From assembly GCA_951812895.1 (NCBI GenBank), contig OX638333.1:112366-176365 (forward strand): a stretch of 64,000 bases of DNA, written 5' to 3'. Position numbers and translations under genes: made by a program. This document shows, piece after piece, positions 1 to 8,895 of the stretch. The notes below the pieces were generated by a model. The model saw only the letters and a list, made by a program, of their open reading frames with translations, was not told where the DNA came from and searched no databases. Positions within the stretch are counted from its first letter, which is position 1, and every line of letters begins with the position of its first letter. Origin of the DNA: an uncultured Roseovarius sp. GTDB lineage: Bacteria > Pseudomonadota > Alphaproteobacteria > Rhodobacterales > Rhodobacteraceae.

Positions 1-1
1 C

Positions 2-115
2 GGACTGGACGCTCAGACCACCTTTATGGATCTGTTGGATGACCAGCCGCCAGAAGACGGCGGTGGTGGCAAGGTCATGCCATTCAAACCGATGGCGAAA
101 AAGGGTCGCGCCTGA
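2..115 (+). CDS. C-terminal fragment of probable terminase small subunit (partial)
   Basis: Open frame GLDAQTTFMDLLDDQPPEDGGGGKVMPFKPMAKKGRA* ending 3 nt before terL; assignment by position only. Confidence 0.5.
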   Translation, partial: GLDAQTTFMDLLDDQPPEDGGGGKVMPFKPMAKKGRA

Positions 116-118
116 TCA

Positions 119-1897
119 GTGTTGGACGCATCTGTCGAAACACCCATTACGCTACGCGCGTTGGATTGGGTGGATGACATTCTGTCGAACAAGCTGCCCA
201 GCTGCAAAAGGATCAGGCAGGCGTGCAAGCGGTTCAAGGCGGATCTGAAACGCGCGGGCACTGATGACTTTCCGTATGTCTTCGACATGGAGGCATCGGA
301 ACACATGTGCGGGTTCATGGAGGGGTTGCCGCACATCAAAGGAAAGTGGGCTGCGCGCGGTGAGGCTATCAAGCTGATGGGCTGGCAGGCGTTCCTGATC
401 GGGCAAATTGGCGGTTGGCTTCACAAAGATGACGGCAGGCGTCGTTTCCGCACCGCCTACATTGAAGTGCCAAGGAAGAACGGTAAGTCGACGCTTCTGT
501 CGGGGGTCGGTTTGTATTTTCTGAGTGTCGATGGTGAGCCGGGGGCAGAGGTTTATTCGGCGGCAGCATCGACCCATCAGGCACGCATTGTCTTTGATGC
601 GGCGCGTGTGATGGCATTGAACGGCAGGATCGAAGGCAGGACGTTTTCAAACGCACTGAACCTGCAGATCGAACAACATCGCATCAAGACAGGTGATGAA
701 GCGGCGGTGTTCCAGCCGGTCGCGAGTCAAACAAAATCGAAGGATGGCAAGAACCCGCATTGCGCGATCATTGATGAACTACACGAACACGACAAACGAG
801 ATGTTTGGGATTCAATGGAAAATGGCATGGGGTCACGCGATCAGCCCTTGCTGATTGCGATCACGACCGCAGGCTACAACACCGCTGGGATCTGCTACGA
901 ACAACGGAAGTATCTGCAGCGAATTCTGGACGGTGTTTTTCAAGACGAAAACTACTTTGGTCTGATCTTTGAAGCGGATGAAGGGGACGAACCGGGTGAT
1001 CCTGCCACATGGGCAAAAGCGAACCCATGTCTTCATGAAGCGAAAACACTGCAGTCCATGGAAGACAACTGGCGCAAGGCATCGGCCAGCCCTGCGGCAA
1101 TGGGTGAGTTCCTTCGTAAACACTTGGACATCTGGACCAGTGTGGGCGCATCCGCCATTGACATGGAGGGTTGGCGCGCTGGCGAAGATGCGACGCTGAA
1201 GATCGAAGATTTCGCCGGGCGGCGGTGTTTCATCGGCGTCGACCTTGCCACCCGACATGACCCGTCAAGCGTCGTGGTGGTGTTCCCGGATGAAGCTGAT
1301 CCGGCGAAAGGTCCGTTTACAGCGTTCAGTTGGCATTGTCTGCCACAGAAGGTGGTTGATGCAGACGGAAATGAACATCTTTGGGGTTGGGCCAAAGAAC
1401 AGTTGATTACTACGACACCGGGTGCGGAACTGGATCTGCGTCTTGTCGAAGCATTGATCATGCAGTTGGCGGGCCGTGGTGAAGACCATGACCCGGAAAA
1501 CGAATGGGGTTGGGGTGATCTTCCGGTCCTTGATGTGGAAATGGTCATCTATGATGCGCAGTTCGCACAGCAGATGGCCGCAACTTGGGATGCCGCCGGT
1601 ATTCAGGCGGTTGAGCTTCGCAAGCGTGCTGCAAACACGAATGAGCCGTTCAACAAGCTGATCGCCGCTGTTGATGATCATCGCCTGTTGCATGACGGAA
1701 ATCCTGTTTTGATGTGGATGGCTGGGAACACGCTGCTGAAACAGGTGCCGGGCGGGGATTACATCTTCCCGACCAAATTGGCACCTGAAGACAAGATTGA
1801 TGGGATTGACGCCTTGATCAACGCGCTTTGGCCGCTGAGCCAAGTCGTGGAAGAGGACAACAAGGGCGTAGTGACGCAAGGATTTGTTGATGTTTGA
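119..1897 (+). CDS. terL: Terminase large subunit
   Basis: Walker A EVPRKNGKST, Walker B IIDELHEH, nuclease motifs GVDLA and KIDGIDALINA. Confidence 0.95.
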   Translation: MLDASVETPITLRALDWVDDILSNKLPSCKRIRQACKRFKADLKRAGTDDFPYVFDMEASEHMCGFMEGLPHIKGKWAARGEAIKLMGWQAFLIGQIGGWLHKDDGRRRFRTAYIEVPRKNGKSTLLSGVGLYFLSVDGEPGAEVYSAAASTHQARIVFDAARVMALNGRIEGRTFSNALNLQIEQHRIKTGDEAAVFQPVASQTKSKDGKNPHCAIIDELHEHDKRDVWDSMENGMGSRDQPLLIAITTAGYNTAGICYEQRKYLQRILDGVFQDENYFGLIFEADEGDEPGDPATWAKANPCLHEAKTLQSMEDNWRKASASPAAMGEFLRKHLDIWTSVGASAIDMEGWRAGEDATLKIEDFAGRRCFIGVDLATRHDPSSVVVVFPDEADPAKGPFTAFSWHCLPQKVVDADGNEHLWGWAKEQLITTTPGAELDLRLVEALIMQLAGRGEDHDPENEWGWGDLPVLDVEMVIYDAQFAQQMAATWDAAGIQAVELRKRAANTNEPFNKLIAAVDDHRLLHDGNPVLMWMAGNTLLKQVPGGDYIFPTKLAPEDKIDGIDALINALWPLSQVVEEDNKGVVTQGFVDV

Positions 1898-3230
1898 ACG
1901 GATATTCGGATCACAGTCAAAGGCAGTGGACGCCCCTCGCGTCGAACCTGTTGTTGCTGCCCCGGCAGCGCCAGAACGCCTGCCGATGAACCTGCAATCT
2001 TCGGCCAGTGTCGAGGAATGGCAAGAGTTCTTTGGCTTTCTGGGCAATGACACGGTGACGCGGGAATCTGCGATGAAGCTGACCGCCGTTTTTGGTTGCG
2101 TCTCACTTCTGGCGGGCACCATCGGAACCATGCCCGTGCGGGTTGTCAGGAAAGGCGAAAACGGCGGATCTGAAGAACATTCAGGACATGATGTGAATTG
2201 GCTTGTGCGTCACGAGCCGCATGAAGATTACACACCGGAAGTGTTCTTTGAGGGCATTGGGGTGCTGGCCTTTCTGGACGGCAACGGAGCGGCAGAAATT
2301 GTTCGCAATCGGCGCGGTGATGCACTTGGATTAAGGCCGATCCTAGAAGGCACGGTCAAACCATTTGAGCGCAAAGGTGGTCGCCTTGCCTACCGGATTT
2401 CCGAGAATGGCGACACCTACGGTCGGGATAAAGACGACATTTTGCATTTTCGCGGATCTGCAACCATGAGCCGGTTCGAAGCGCTTTCACCCTTGAAGTG
2501 TTTTGGCCGGACCATCGGCATTGGGCTTGATGCGGATGAATACGCGCGCCTCTTCTACAAACAGGGAGGCACCCCCAGCGGTTACATTACCTATGAAGGT
2601 AAAGTTGACGAGAACATGGCTGATGAGGTTCGGCAATACTGGATGCGGAAAATGGCAGGGGTGCAAAATTCGCACTTGCCCGCCGTTTTGGCTGAAGGGG
2701 GTAAATTTGTCAGCCTTATGCAAGATCCCGAAACTGCCCAGCTTATGCAGTCCCGGTCTTTTCAGGTGTCTGATGTTGCCAGAGCGTTTGGTGTCCCGCC
2801 GCATCTGATCGGAGAGACAGAGAAGTCAACCAGCTGGGGCACGGGCATCAACGCGCAGACGGCCCAGTTTTACATTCTTGGATTGCGGAAACATGTGAAG
2901 CGGTTTGAAGGGGAGCTGACCAGAAAGTTGCTAACGCGCAAAGAGCGTGAGGGCGGCATGGAGATCAAGTTTAACCTTGATACATTACTGCGCGCTGATC
3001 TGGCGGCGCGGTACGACGCTCATAAAATTGCACTGGGTGGTACACAGCATCCGGGCTGGCGAACCGTCAATGAAACCCGCGAAATGGATGGTTTGCCCAA
3101 ATCTGATGACCCCGCAGCGGATACGTTGTTTCGCCCTGTTCCTAAAGCGGGTGCTGAAAACGGGGATGGTGAGAATGGCGACGGGTCACAGGCACCGAAA
3201 TTTCAGACAACGCGAGAGGAAGTACAATGA
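1890..3230 (+). CDS. Portal protein (HK97 family)
   Basis: AVFGCVSLLAGTIGTMP, DILHFRG, VARAFGVPPHLIG, TVNETREMDGLP; follows terL. Confidence 0.93.
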   Translation: MFERIFGSQSKAVDAPRVEPVVAAPAAPERLPMNLQSSASVEEWQEFFGFLGNDTVTRESAMKLTAVFGCVSLLAGTIGTMPVRVVRKGENGGSEEHSGHDVNWLVRHEPHEDYTPEVFFEGIGVLAFLDGNGAAEIVRNRRGDALGLRPILEGTVKPFERKGGRLAYRISENGDTYGRDKDDILHFRGSATMSRFEALSPLKCFGRTIGIGLDADEYARLFYKQGGTPSGYITYEGKVDENMADEVRQYWMRKMAGVQNSHLPAVLAEGGKFVSLMQDPETAQLMQSRSFQVSDVARAFGVPPHLIGETEKSTSWGTGINAQTAQFYILGLRKHVKRFEGELTRKLLTRKEREGGMEIKFNLDTLLRADLAARYDAHKIALGGTQHPGWRTVNETREMDGLPKSDDPAADTLFRPVPKAGAENGDGENGDGSQAPKFQTTREEVQ

Positions 3231-3949
3231 AGTTCAAAGAGATTTTAGCCCGTGCGCTGCGCCCGCAAGATGGCAAACCTGTCGCTTTGCAGGTGCGTGC
3301 GATGGATGCGGATGGTGAAGTTGAAGTGCTGATTTATGACCAGATTGGCTTTTGGGGCATTAGCGCCGAAGAGTTTGTGCGAGAGATCAAGCAAATCGAC
3401 GCCGAAACCATTCATCTTCGGATCGACTGCCCCGGTGGTGATGTGTTCATGGCCCGTGCCATGAAGACGGTGCTGGAGCAACATTCGGCACGGGTCATTG
3501 TCCATGTTGACGGGCTGGCTGCGTCAGCGGCGTCCTATCTTATGCTGGCTGGTGATGAAATCGAAATTGCCAAAGGTGCTTTCGTGATGATCCACAATGC
3601 TTGGATGATCACACTGGGTGATACTGGTGACCACACCCAGTCTGCTGGCATGCTGGAAAAGATCGACGGATCGATCCGGGCTGACTATGCGTCGAAGTCG
3701 GGCAAGGATGCTGAAGATTTCCGGCAACTGATGAATGACGAAACATGGCTGGAAGCAGACGAAGCGCTGGCCATGGGTTTGGTTGACCGTGTGTATGAGA
3801 AGGACGGTGGTGCTGAAAACCGCTTCGATCTGACCATTTTCGATAACACCCCGGATGCGCTGACACAGCCGGATGGGGAAAAGACTGCAGCAGCGCATCG
3901 CGCGGCTCAGATGCGCAAGCTGGAATACTTCGAACGGGTTGCGCCCTAA
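3227..3949 (+). CDS. ClpP-type (S14) head maturation protease
   Basis: IDCPGGDVF, GLAASAAS, MIHNAW, ETWLEADEALAMGLVD. Confidence 0.92.
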   Translation: MKFKEILARALRPQDGKPVALQVRAMDADGEVEVLIYDQIGFWGISAEEFVREIKQIDAETIHLRIDCPGGDVFMARAMKTVLEQHSARVIVHVDGLAASAASYLMLAGDEIEIAKGAFVMIHNAWMITLGDTGDHTQSAGMLEKIDGSIRADYASKSGKDAEDFRQLMNDETWLEADEALAMGLVDRVYEKDGGAENRFDLTIFDNTPDALTQPDGEKTAAAHRAAQMRKLEYFERVAP

Positions 3950-3973
3950 GTTGCGGCGCGTCCGCAAAGACTG

Positions 3974-4001
3974 AAACCGCCCGGCTTTGGCCGGGTTTTT
4001 T
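3974..4001 (+). terminator. Intrinsic terminator-like hairpin between protease and capsid genes
   Basis: CCCGGC-TTTG-GCCGGG followed by T6. Confidence 0.6.
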
Positions 4002-4016
4002 AATGGAGGATTGGGT

Positions 4017-5264
4017 ATGCCCAAGACCATTGCCGAACTGCGTAAGCAGCGTGACGCGCTGGCGAAAAAAGCGCGGAATAATCTGGACGAAAACACTGGT
4101 GATTTCGATCCAAAACTGAACGACGAAATCTACGCAGAAATTGATCGCATTGACGGGCAGATCAAAGCAGAACAGCAGCAGCTGGATCTGGAAGCGCGGC
4201 TGCAGTCTGAAGCGTCTGACCCGGACACGCCTACGGGTGGTCAGAATTCCGGTGGCCAACAACCTTCGCGCCCCGGCGACGAGGTGCGGGCCGTTGTGTT
4301 CGACGCCTATCTGCGTGGTGGCGATGCAGCAGTGAACCGCCTGCCCGAAAATGTTCTGAGTGATTACAACCGTCAGGTTCAGGCGGCGCAATCGACCGGT
4401 GTGGAGAGCGAAGGCGGCGCGCTGGTGCCCACGACCTTTAGCGGCACCCTGTTGCAAGCTATGCAGGACTACGGTGGTGTGCGATCTGTCGGAACAGTTC
4501 AGCAGACAGCAAGTGGTGAGCCTATCCAATGGCCCACAGTTGATGAAACAGCTGTTATTGGCGAATGGCTGGCGGAAAATGATACTGTCACCGACCAAGA
4601 TGTCGCATTTGGAACAACTTCAATCGGCGCTCACCTTGCCAGCTCCAAAGGCGTGGCGGTCCCGTTTGCGTTGCTGCAGGATGCAGGTATTACCAATATC
4701 GAAGGCATGTTGAACGGTCTGCTTGCCGCGCGTCTGGCGCGTCTGACCAATGCGGCTTACACCACAGGCGATGGTGCTGGTAAACCAACAGGCATCGTAA
4801 ATGGCGCTGGACAGGGTCACACGACTGCTGCTGGGCTGGTCGACTCCTTCACCTATGACGATTTTGTCGAGTTGGAACATTCGGTCGATCCGATCTATCG
4901 CCGTGATGGATCATGGATGTTCCACGATACGTCTCTGAAGGTCGCCAAGAAGATGAAGGATGGCGACGGTCGCCCGATCTGGGTGCCCGGCATTTCCAGT
5001 GAGGCACCAGCCGAAATCCTGAACTACGGCTACACCGTCAATCAGGACATGGCAGAGCCTGCTGCAAACGCAGACTCCACGCTTTTTGGTGACATGTCGA
5101 AATACATGATCAGGGATGTCATGAACGTCACTTTGTTCCGTTTCACGGACTCGGCGTACACCCGCAAAGGTCAAGTCGGTTTCCTTGCGATGCTGCGTAC
5201 CGATGGCAAAACCATCGCGGCGAACAACGCAGCCATCAAGAAGATGACCCACGCCGCCGCCTGA
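4017..5264 (+). CDS. Major capsid protein (HK97 fold)
   Basis: N-terminal coiled-coil delta domain, EGGALVPT, GDGAGKPTGI, GRPIW, LFGDMSKY, QVGFLAMLRTDG. Confidence 0.93.
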   Translation: MPKTIAELRKQRDALAKKARNNLDENTGDFDPKLNDEIYAEIDRIDGQIKAEQQQLDLEARLQSEASDPDTPTGGQNSGGQQPSRPGDEVRAVVFDAYLRGGDAAVNRLPENVLSDYNRQVQAAQSTGVESEGGALVPTTFSGTLLQAMQDYGGVRSVGTVQQTASGEPIQWPTVDETAVIGEWLAENDTVTDQDVAFGTTSIGAHLASSKGVAVPFALLQDAGITNIEGMLNGLLAARLARLTNAAYTTGDGAGKPTGIVNGAGQGHTTAAGLVDSFTYDDFVELEHSVDPIYRRDGSWMFHDTSLKVAKKMKDGDGRPIWVPGISSEAPAEILNYGYTVNQDMAEPAANADSTLFGDMSKYMIRDVMNVTLFRFTDSAYTRKGQVGFLAMLRTDGKTIAANNAAIKKMTHAAA

Positions 5265-5337
5265 TCGGCAAATGCCTGACCATCTGCCGCCCGTATAGTC
5301 GGGCGGCGGTTCTCTTCTGACAGAAAGGGTGCTGACA

Positions 5338-5964
5338 ATGGCATCGAAGAAAAAGACAACATCCGATAAGGATACGAACGCGGTAATCGTGGCCTTCGCA
5401 CTACGTGATTTTGTGGCCGGTGAAGGTAAGGACGCCTTTACGCTGTCCGAAGGGCAGCGCATTGAGCTGAGCGCAGACCAGTTCGCGGAAGGCGAAAAAG
5501 AGGGCATCGTTGCCAAGGGCGTGTTCGTCAAGATGAAAACGGCTGTCGAAGGCGGGCGCTATAGCCTGAAGCCCCACGACACAACATGGCTTCCCCCGCA
5601 CGTCTATGAGGCGTGGAAAGCGGCAGGTTATTGTGAGCCAACCCAAGACGACCCGGAAGTCGGGGCAGTTCTGAAGGCGCGCGACGAAGCAACGCGCGCG
5701 GCGGCTTCAGAACGTGACCGCGCGTTGCTTCGCTGTTCGGATCTGGAAGAACAGCTTCAGGAAGCTGGGCTGCTGTTGCAGGCGGTGCGCGTGCAGTCGG
5801 AAAAACTGCGTGGCTTGATTGAACCAGCACCTGATAGCGGTGATGTTCTGGATGATGAAGCCACGGCTCTTCTGGGTGAAGTCGTTGTTCTGATCGGCAT
5901 GTTTCCCGAACATATCGAAACGAATGACGAAGGTTCCACAGAACCTGAACTGAAACTGGACTGA
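5338..5964 (+). CDS. Hypothetical head-associated protein
   Basis: 208-aa ORF with RBS between capsid and connector genes. Confidence 0.6.
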   Translation: MASKKKTTSDKDTNAVIVAFALRDFVAGEGKDAFTLSEGQRIELSADQFAEGEKEGIVAKGVFVKMKTAVEGGRYSLKPHDTTWLPPHVYEAWKAAGYCEPTQDDPEVGAVLKARDEATRAAASERDRALLRCSDLEEQLQEAGLLLQAVRVQSEKLRGLIEPAPDSGDVLDDEATALLGEVVVLIGMFPEHIETNDEGSTEPELKLD

Positions 5965-5974
5965 GGCGCAGCCA

Positions 5975-6565
5975 ATGTGGTTAGAGCGGATTTCAGGCGG
6001 TGGTGACGATCTGATCGAACTTGACGTTGCGAAAGATCACCTGCGCATCCTGAGTGATGAAACGAACGGTGAAGTCGAAGCCGCCATTGCTACGGCTTCC
6101 GCATTTTTGGATGTGGATGAAGATGGCTTTGGTGGCCTTGGTTTCCCAATTTTGTCGCAGCAATGGGCGTTGAAGGGTTCGTCATTTGGACAGCAGGTTC
6201 TGCGTCTGCCATTTTCGCGGATTGCCTCTGTCGATGAAATCCGCTTCACATCACCGGATGAACAGGCTGGCACCGTCGATGCGCAGAGCTATCAGCTGGT
6301 GAAGCGTGGCCGGGAATGGCGGATTGTCCTTTTGCCCGGCGCACAATGGCCGGGGCATATTGATCGACAGGATGCGGTCGAAGTGCGCTTCACTGCGGGC
6401 TGGGCTGACGCAGCATCTGTACCGGGTGATATCATCGACGCCGCGAAGGTTCTGACCGCTCATTTCTTCCATTTTCGGGGTGCGAATGCGGAAGAGGGTG
6501 TCGCGGATGATGTTATGCGTGGCGTCGACCGCCTGACGGCCCGTTACCGGCGATTTGCGATGTAG
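5975..6565 (+). CDS. Head-tail connector (gp6-like)
   Basis: AKDHLRI, VEVRFTAGW, VPGDIIDAAKVLTAHFF; position. Confidence 0.85.
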   Translation: MWLERISGGGDDLIELDVAKDHLRILSDETNGEVEAAIATASAFLDVDEDGFGGLGFPILSQQWALKGSSFGQQVLRLPFSRIASVDEIRFTSPDEQAGTVDAQSYQLVKRGREWRIVLLPGAQWPGHIDRQDAVEVRFTAGWADAASVPGDIIDAAKVLTAHFFHFRGANAEEGVADDVMRGVDRLTARYRRFAM

Positions 6566-6572
6566 GTGCGGC

Positions 6573-6908
6573 ATGAAAGTAACCGATCTGGATCATGTCT
6601 GCAGCCTGCAAGAGCGCATCGAGTCTGAAGATGGCTATGGCAACAAACGGGGTGACTTTCAGGAAGTTTTCAGGGAATGGGGCAGCTTTTTGTACCTGCG
6701 CGGTGGCGAAGGGGTCACAGAATCCCGTCTGGCATCAAAGCAGCCTGCAATCCTGACGTTGCGCAGTACGGCACAAGCCAAGACAATCGCGCCACACTGG
6801 CGGGTTGTGGCGGGTGGCCGGGAATATGAAGTCCAAGAACATCCGCGGTTGACCGAAGATCGGATGTATTTGGAAATTCTGGTCGAGTCAGTGCCAGCCG
6901 GTGGTTAA
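6573..6908 (+). CDS. Head closure / head-tail adaptor
   Basis: DGYGN, EGVTESRL, WRVV..GREYEV; position. Confidence 0.8.
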   Translation: MKVTDLDHVCSLQERIESEDGYGNKRGDFQEVFREWGSFLYLRGGEGVTESRLASKQPAILTLRSTAQAKTIAPHWRVVAGGREYEVQEHPRLTEDRMYLEILVESVPAGG

Positions 6909-7314
6909 AGGTTTGGATGCCTTGCGCCGGAAGTTTACGCAAACAGTTCCGGCAGAGGTCAGAAAAGCCGCGACGGCTGCGCTGGAAAAAGGCGCGCAGG
7001 AAATTGTCGACATGGCGCGCTCTTTGGTGCGGGTCGACAGCGGCGAATTGCGCGACAGCATTGACTGGACATGGGGCGATGCGCCTGCCGGATCGCTTGT
7101 TCTGGGCACAGTTGGCGGTCAGGAATACGGAACATTGCGCATCACCATTTATGCCGGGAACGATGATGCATTCTATGCCGCTTGGCAGGAATTCGGGACG
7201 CAGAACCAGCGGGCGAATCCATACTTCTTTCCGGCCTATCGCAGCTTGCGCAGGCGTGTGCGCAGTCGGATCACGCGCGACATCAACAAAGCAATCAAAA
7301 AGGGAATGCAATGA
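6901..7314 (+). CDS. HK97 gp10-like neck protein
   Basis: VDSGELRDSI, EFGTQNQRANPYFFPA. Confidence 0.85.
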   Translation: MVKGLDALRRKFTQTVPAEVRKAATAALEKGAQEIVDMARSLVRVDSGELRDSIDWTWGDAPAGSLVLGTVGGQEYGTLRITIYAGNDDAFYAAWQEFGTQNQRANPYFFPAYRSLRRRVRSRITRDINKAIKKGMQ

Positions 7315-7724
7315 CCGCACCTGACGTTGAATTGCAAGGAGCTATCTTCGCAGCGGTCGAGGCGAATGCAGAGCTGATGGCGCTGATCGGCGGGATCTAT
7401 GACAGTGTCCCGGAAGACCCCTACGGGGCAGCGACGGCTTATGTAAGTTTTGGGCCATCTACGTTCAATCTTGGTGAATTTGAATGTCTGCGTGCTGAAG
7501 AGCATGTGGTTCAGTTGGATGTCTGGTCGAAGGCTGTTGGCCGGGTGGAGTGCAAGGACATTTGTCACCGCCTGAAGCGCCTGTTGGGTGAAGTGGATTT
7601 GCCGCTTTCAGAAAACGCATTTGTCCGGGGTCGGTTGGTCCTGGGGCGAATACTGCCGGACCCGGCAGATGGCGTCAGCCACGGTGTCCTGCAGTTCAAC
7701 TACGATCTGGAGGATCTGACGTGA
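7311..7724 (+). CDS. Tail terminator (DUF3168-like)
   Basis: LQGAIFAA, IYDSVP, QLDVWS, HGVLQF. Confidence 0.8.
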   Translation: MTAPDVELQGAIFAAVEANAELMALIGGIYDSVPEDPYGAATAYVSFGPSTFNLGEFECLRAEEHVVQLDVWSKAVGRVECKDICHRLKRLLGEVDLPLSENAFVRGRLVLGRILPDPADGVSHGVLQFNYDLEDLT

Positions 7725-7903
7725 AGACCATCAAAGTTGGCCCGAAAGGGGCCGATGTTCGGTTGAGTTCAGGCGTGTCACAGCGCTTTCAACCGAACGC
7801 AGAATGCCAAGTCACCGAAGCGGTGGCGAAAGCTATGGAGGAACAGAACTGCGATTTTTCGGTTCTTCCTGAAAAAGCAGAGCCGAAGAAACGAAAGGAC
7901 TGA
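7721..7903 (+). CDS. Hypothetical protein
   Basis: 60-aa ORF coupled between terminator and tube genes. Confidence 0.55.
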   Translation: MKTIKVGPKGADVRLSSGVSQRFQPNAECQVTEAVAKAMEEQNCDFSVLPEKAEPKKRKD

Positions 7904-7906
7904 TTC

Positions 7907-8353
7907 ATGGGCACTGGAACACAAACACATCGCTTCGTCATCCAATTGGGTGATGGCGGAACACCAACTGAAATCTTCGCGTTCACCTGCGGGGCAAATT
8001 CGCGCAATGTGACGCTGACCAACAATCTGGGTGAAACCACCGTTCTGGATTGCGACAATCCTCTGGACGTGGTGCCGACGATCATCCGCTTTCTGGAAAG
8101 TCAGGACACTTCTGCGACCATTGCCGGAACTGTTGCCATGGAGGCGTGGCCGACATGGCGTGCTTGGGCGGATGACGGCACTGTCAAAAACGTCAAGCTG
8201 TTCATTGATGAAAGTGCCGCAAACAACGGCGGTCACTGGATCGTGCCGATGATGTTGCAGCAACTGGAATTTGGCAATGAAGGTCACGGCGTCGTGAACT
8301 TCACTGCGAACCTGCAGGGCGCTGGCAAGCGTGAATGGACTGCCGCTGTCTGA
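7907..8353 (+). CDS. Tail tube protein
   Basis: IQLGDGGTPTEIFAFTCG, TVLDCDNP; GTA-like tube signature. Confidence 0.85.
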   Translation: MGTGTQTHRFVIQLGDGGTPTEIFAFTCGANSRNVTLTNNLGETTVLDCDNPLDVVPTIIRFLESQDTSATIAGTVAMEAWPTWRAWADDGTVKNVKLFIDESAANNGGHWIVPMMLQQLEFGNEGHGVVNFTANLQGAGKREWTAAV

Positions 8354-8895
8354 TGGGCGGTGAAGTTGTTCGTTATTGGGCGGGAAAGGAACGACTTTTC
8401 CGCCTGAGAACCGGTGCGGTCATGGACTTGGAAGAGGCTCTTTCGGGTCAAGCCATCGGCGTCACGTTCCAAAAACTCGCAAGTGGTCAGTTTGGGGTCA
8501 TGGATGTGCATGAAACGCTGCGCATTGGTTTGATTGATGCGGGCGAAAGCGTTGTGGATGCCAAACGACTGTTGGGTAACCATTTCGACAGGGTCGGACT
8601 TTCGGACAACGCAGGCATTGCCAGCGAACTTGTCGCGAGCCTGATGACTGGTGTTGAAGATCGGGGAAAAGACAATGAATCCGATGATCCAGAGCCGATT
8701 AAGTTCAGTGAGATTTCGCAAATCAGCCGCGTGTTCCACATGTCACCGCAGGACGTTCGGGAACTTCGTTATTCCGATTATGTCAACATGATGCGTGGTT
8801 ACAACGCATCCCGCCCGGATGCTCCGATTGATCATCTGAGCGAAGATGAATTCCTATCCATCTTGGACAAGTATGAGCCGAAGGAAGAAACATGA
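8353..8895 (+). CDS. Tail assembly chaperone (GTA gp10-like), G and T parts in one frame
   Basis: WAGKERLFRL, DVHETLRIGLI; C-terminal MSPQDVREL..DYVNMMRGY typical of G-T extensions. Confidence 0.8.
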   Translation: MGGEVVRYWAGKERLFRLRTGAVMDLEEALSGQAIGVTFQKLASGQFGVMDVHETLRIGLIDAGESVVDAKRLLGNHFDRVGLSDNAGIASELVASLMTGVEDRGKDNESDDPEPIKFSEISQISRVFHMSPQDVRELRYSDYVNMMRGYNASRPDAPIDHLSEDEFLSILDKYEPKEET

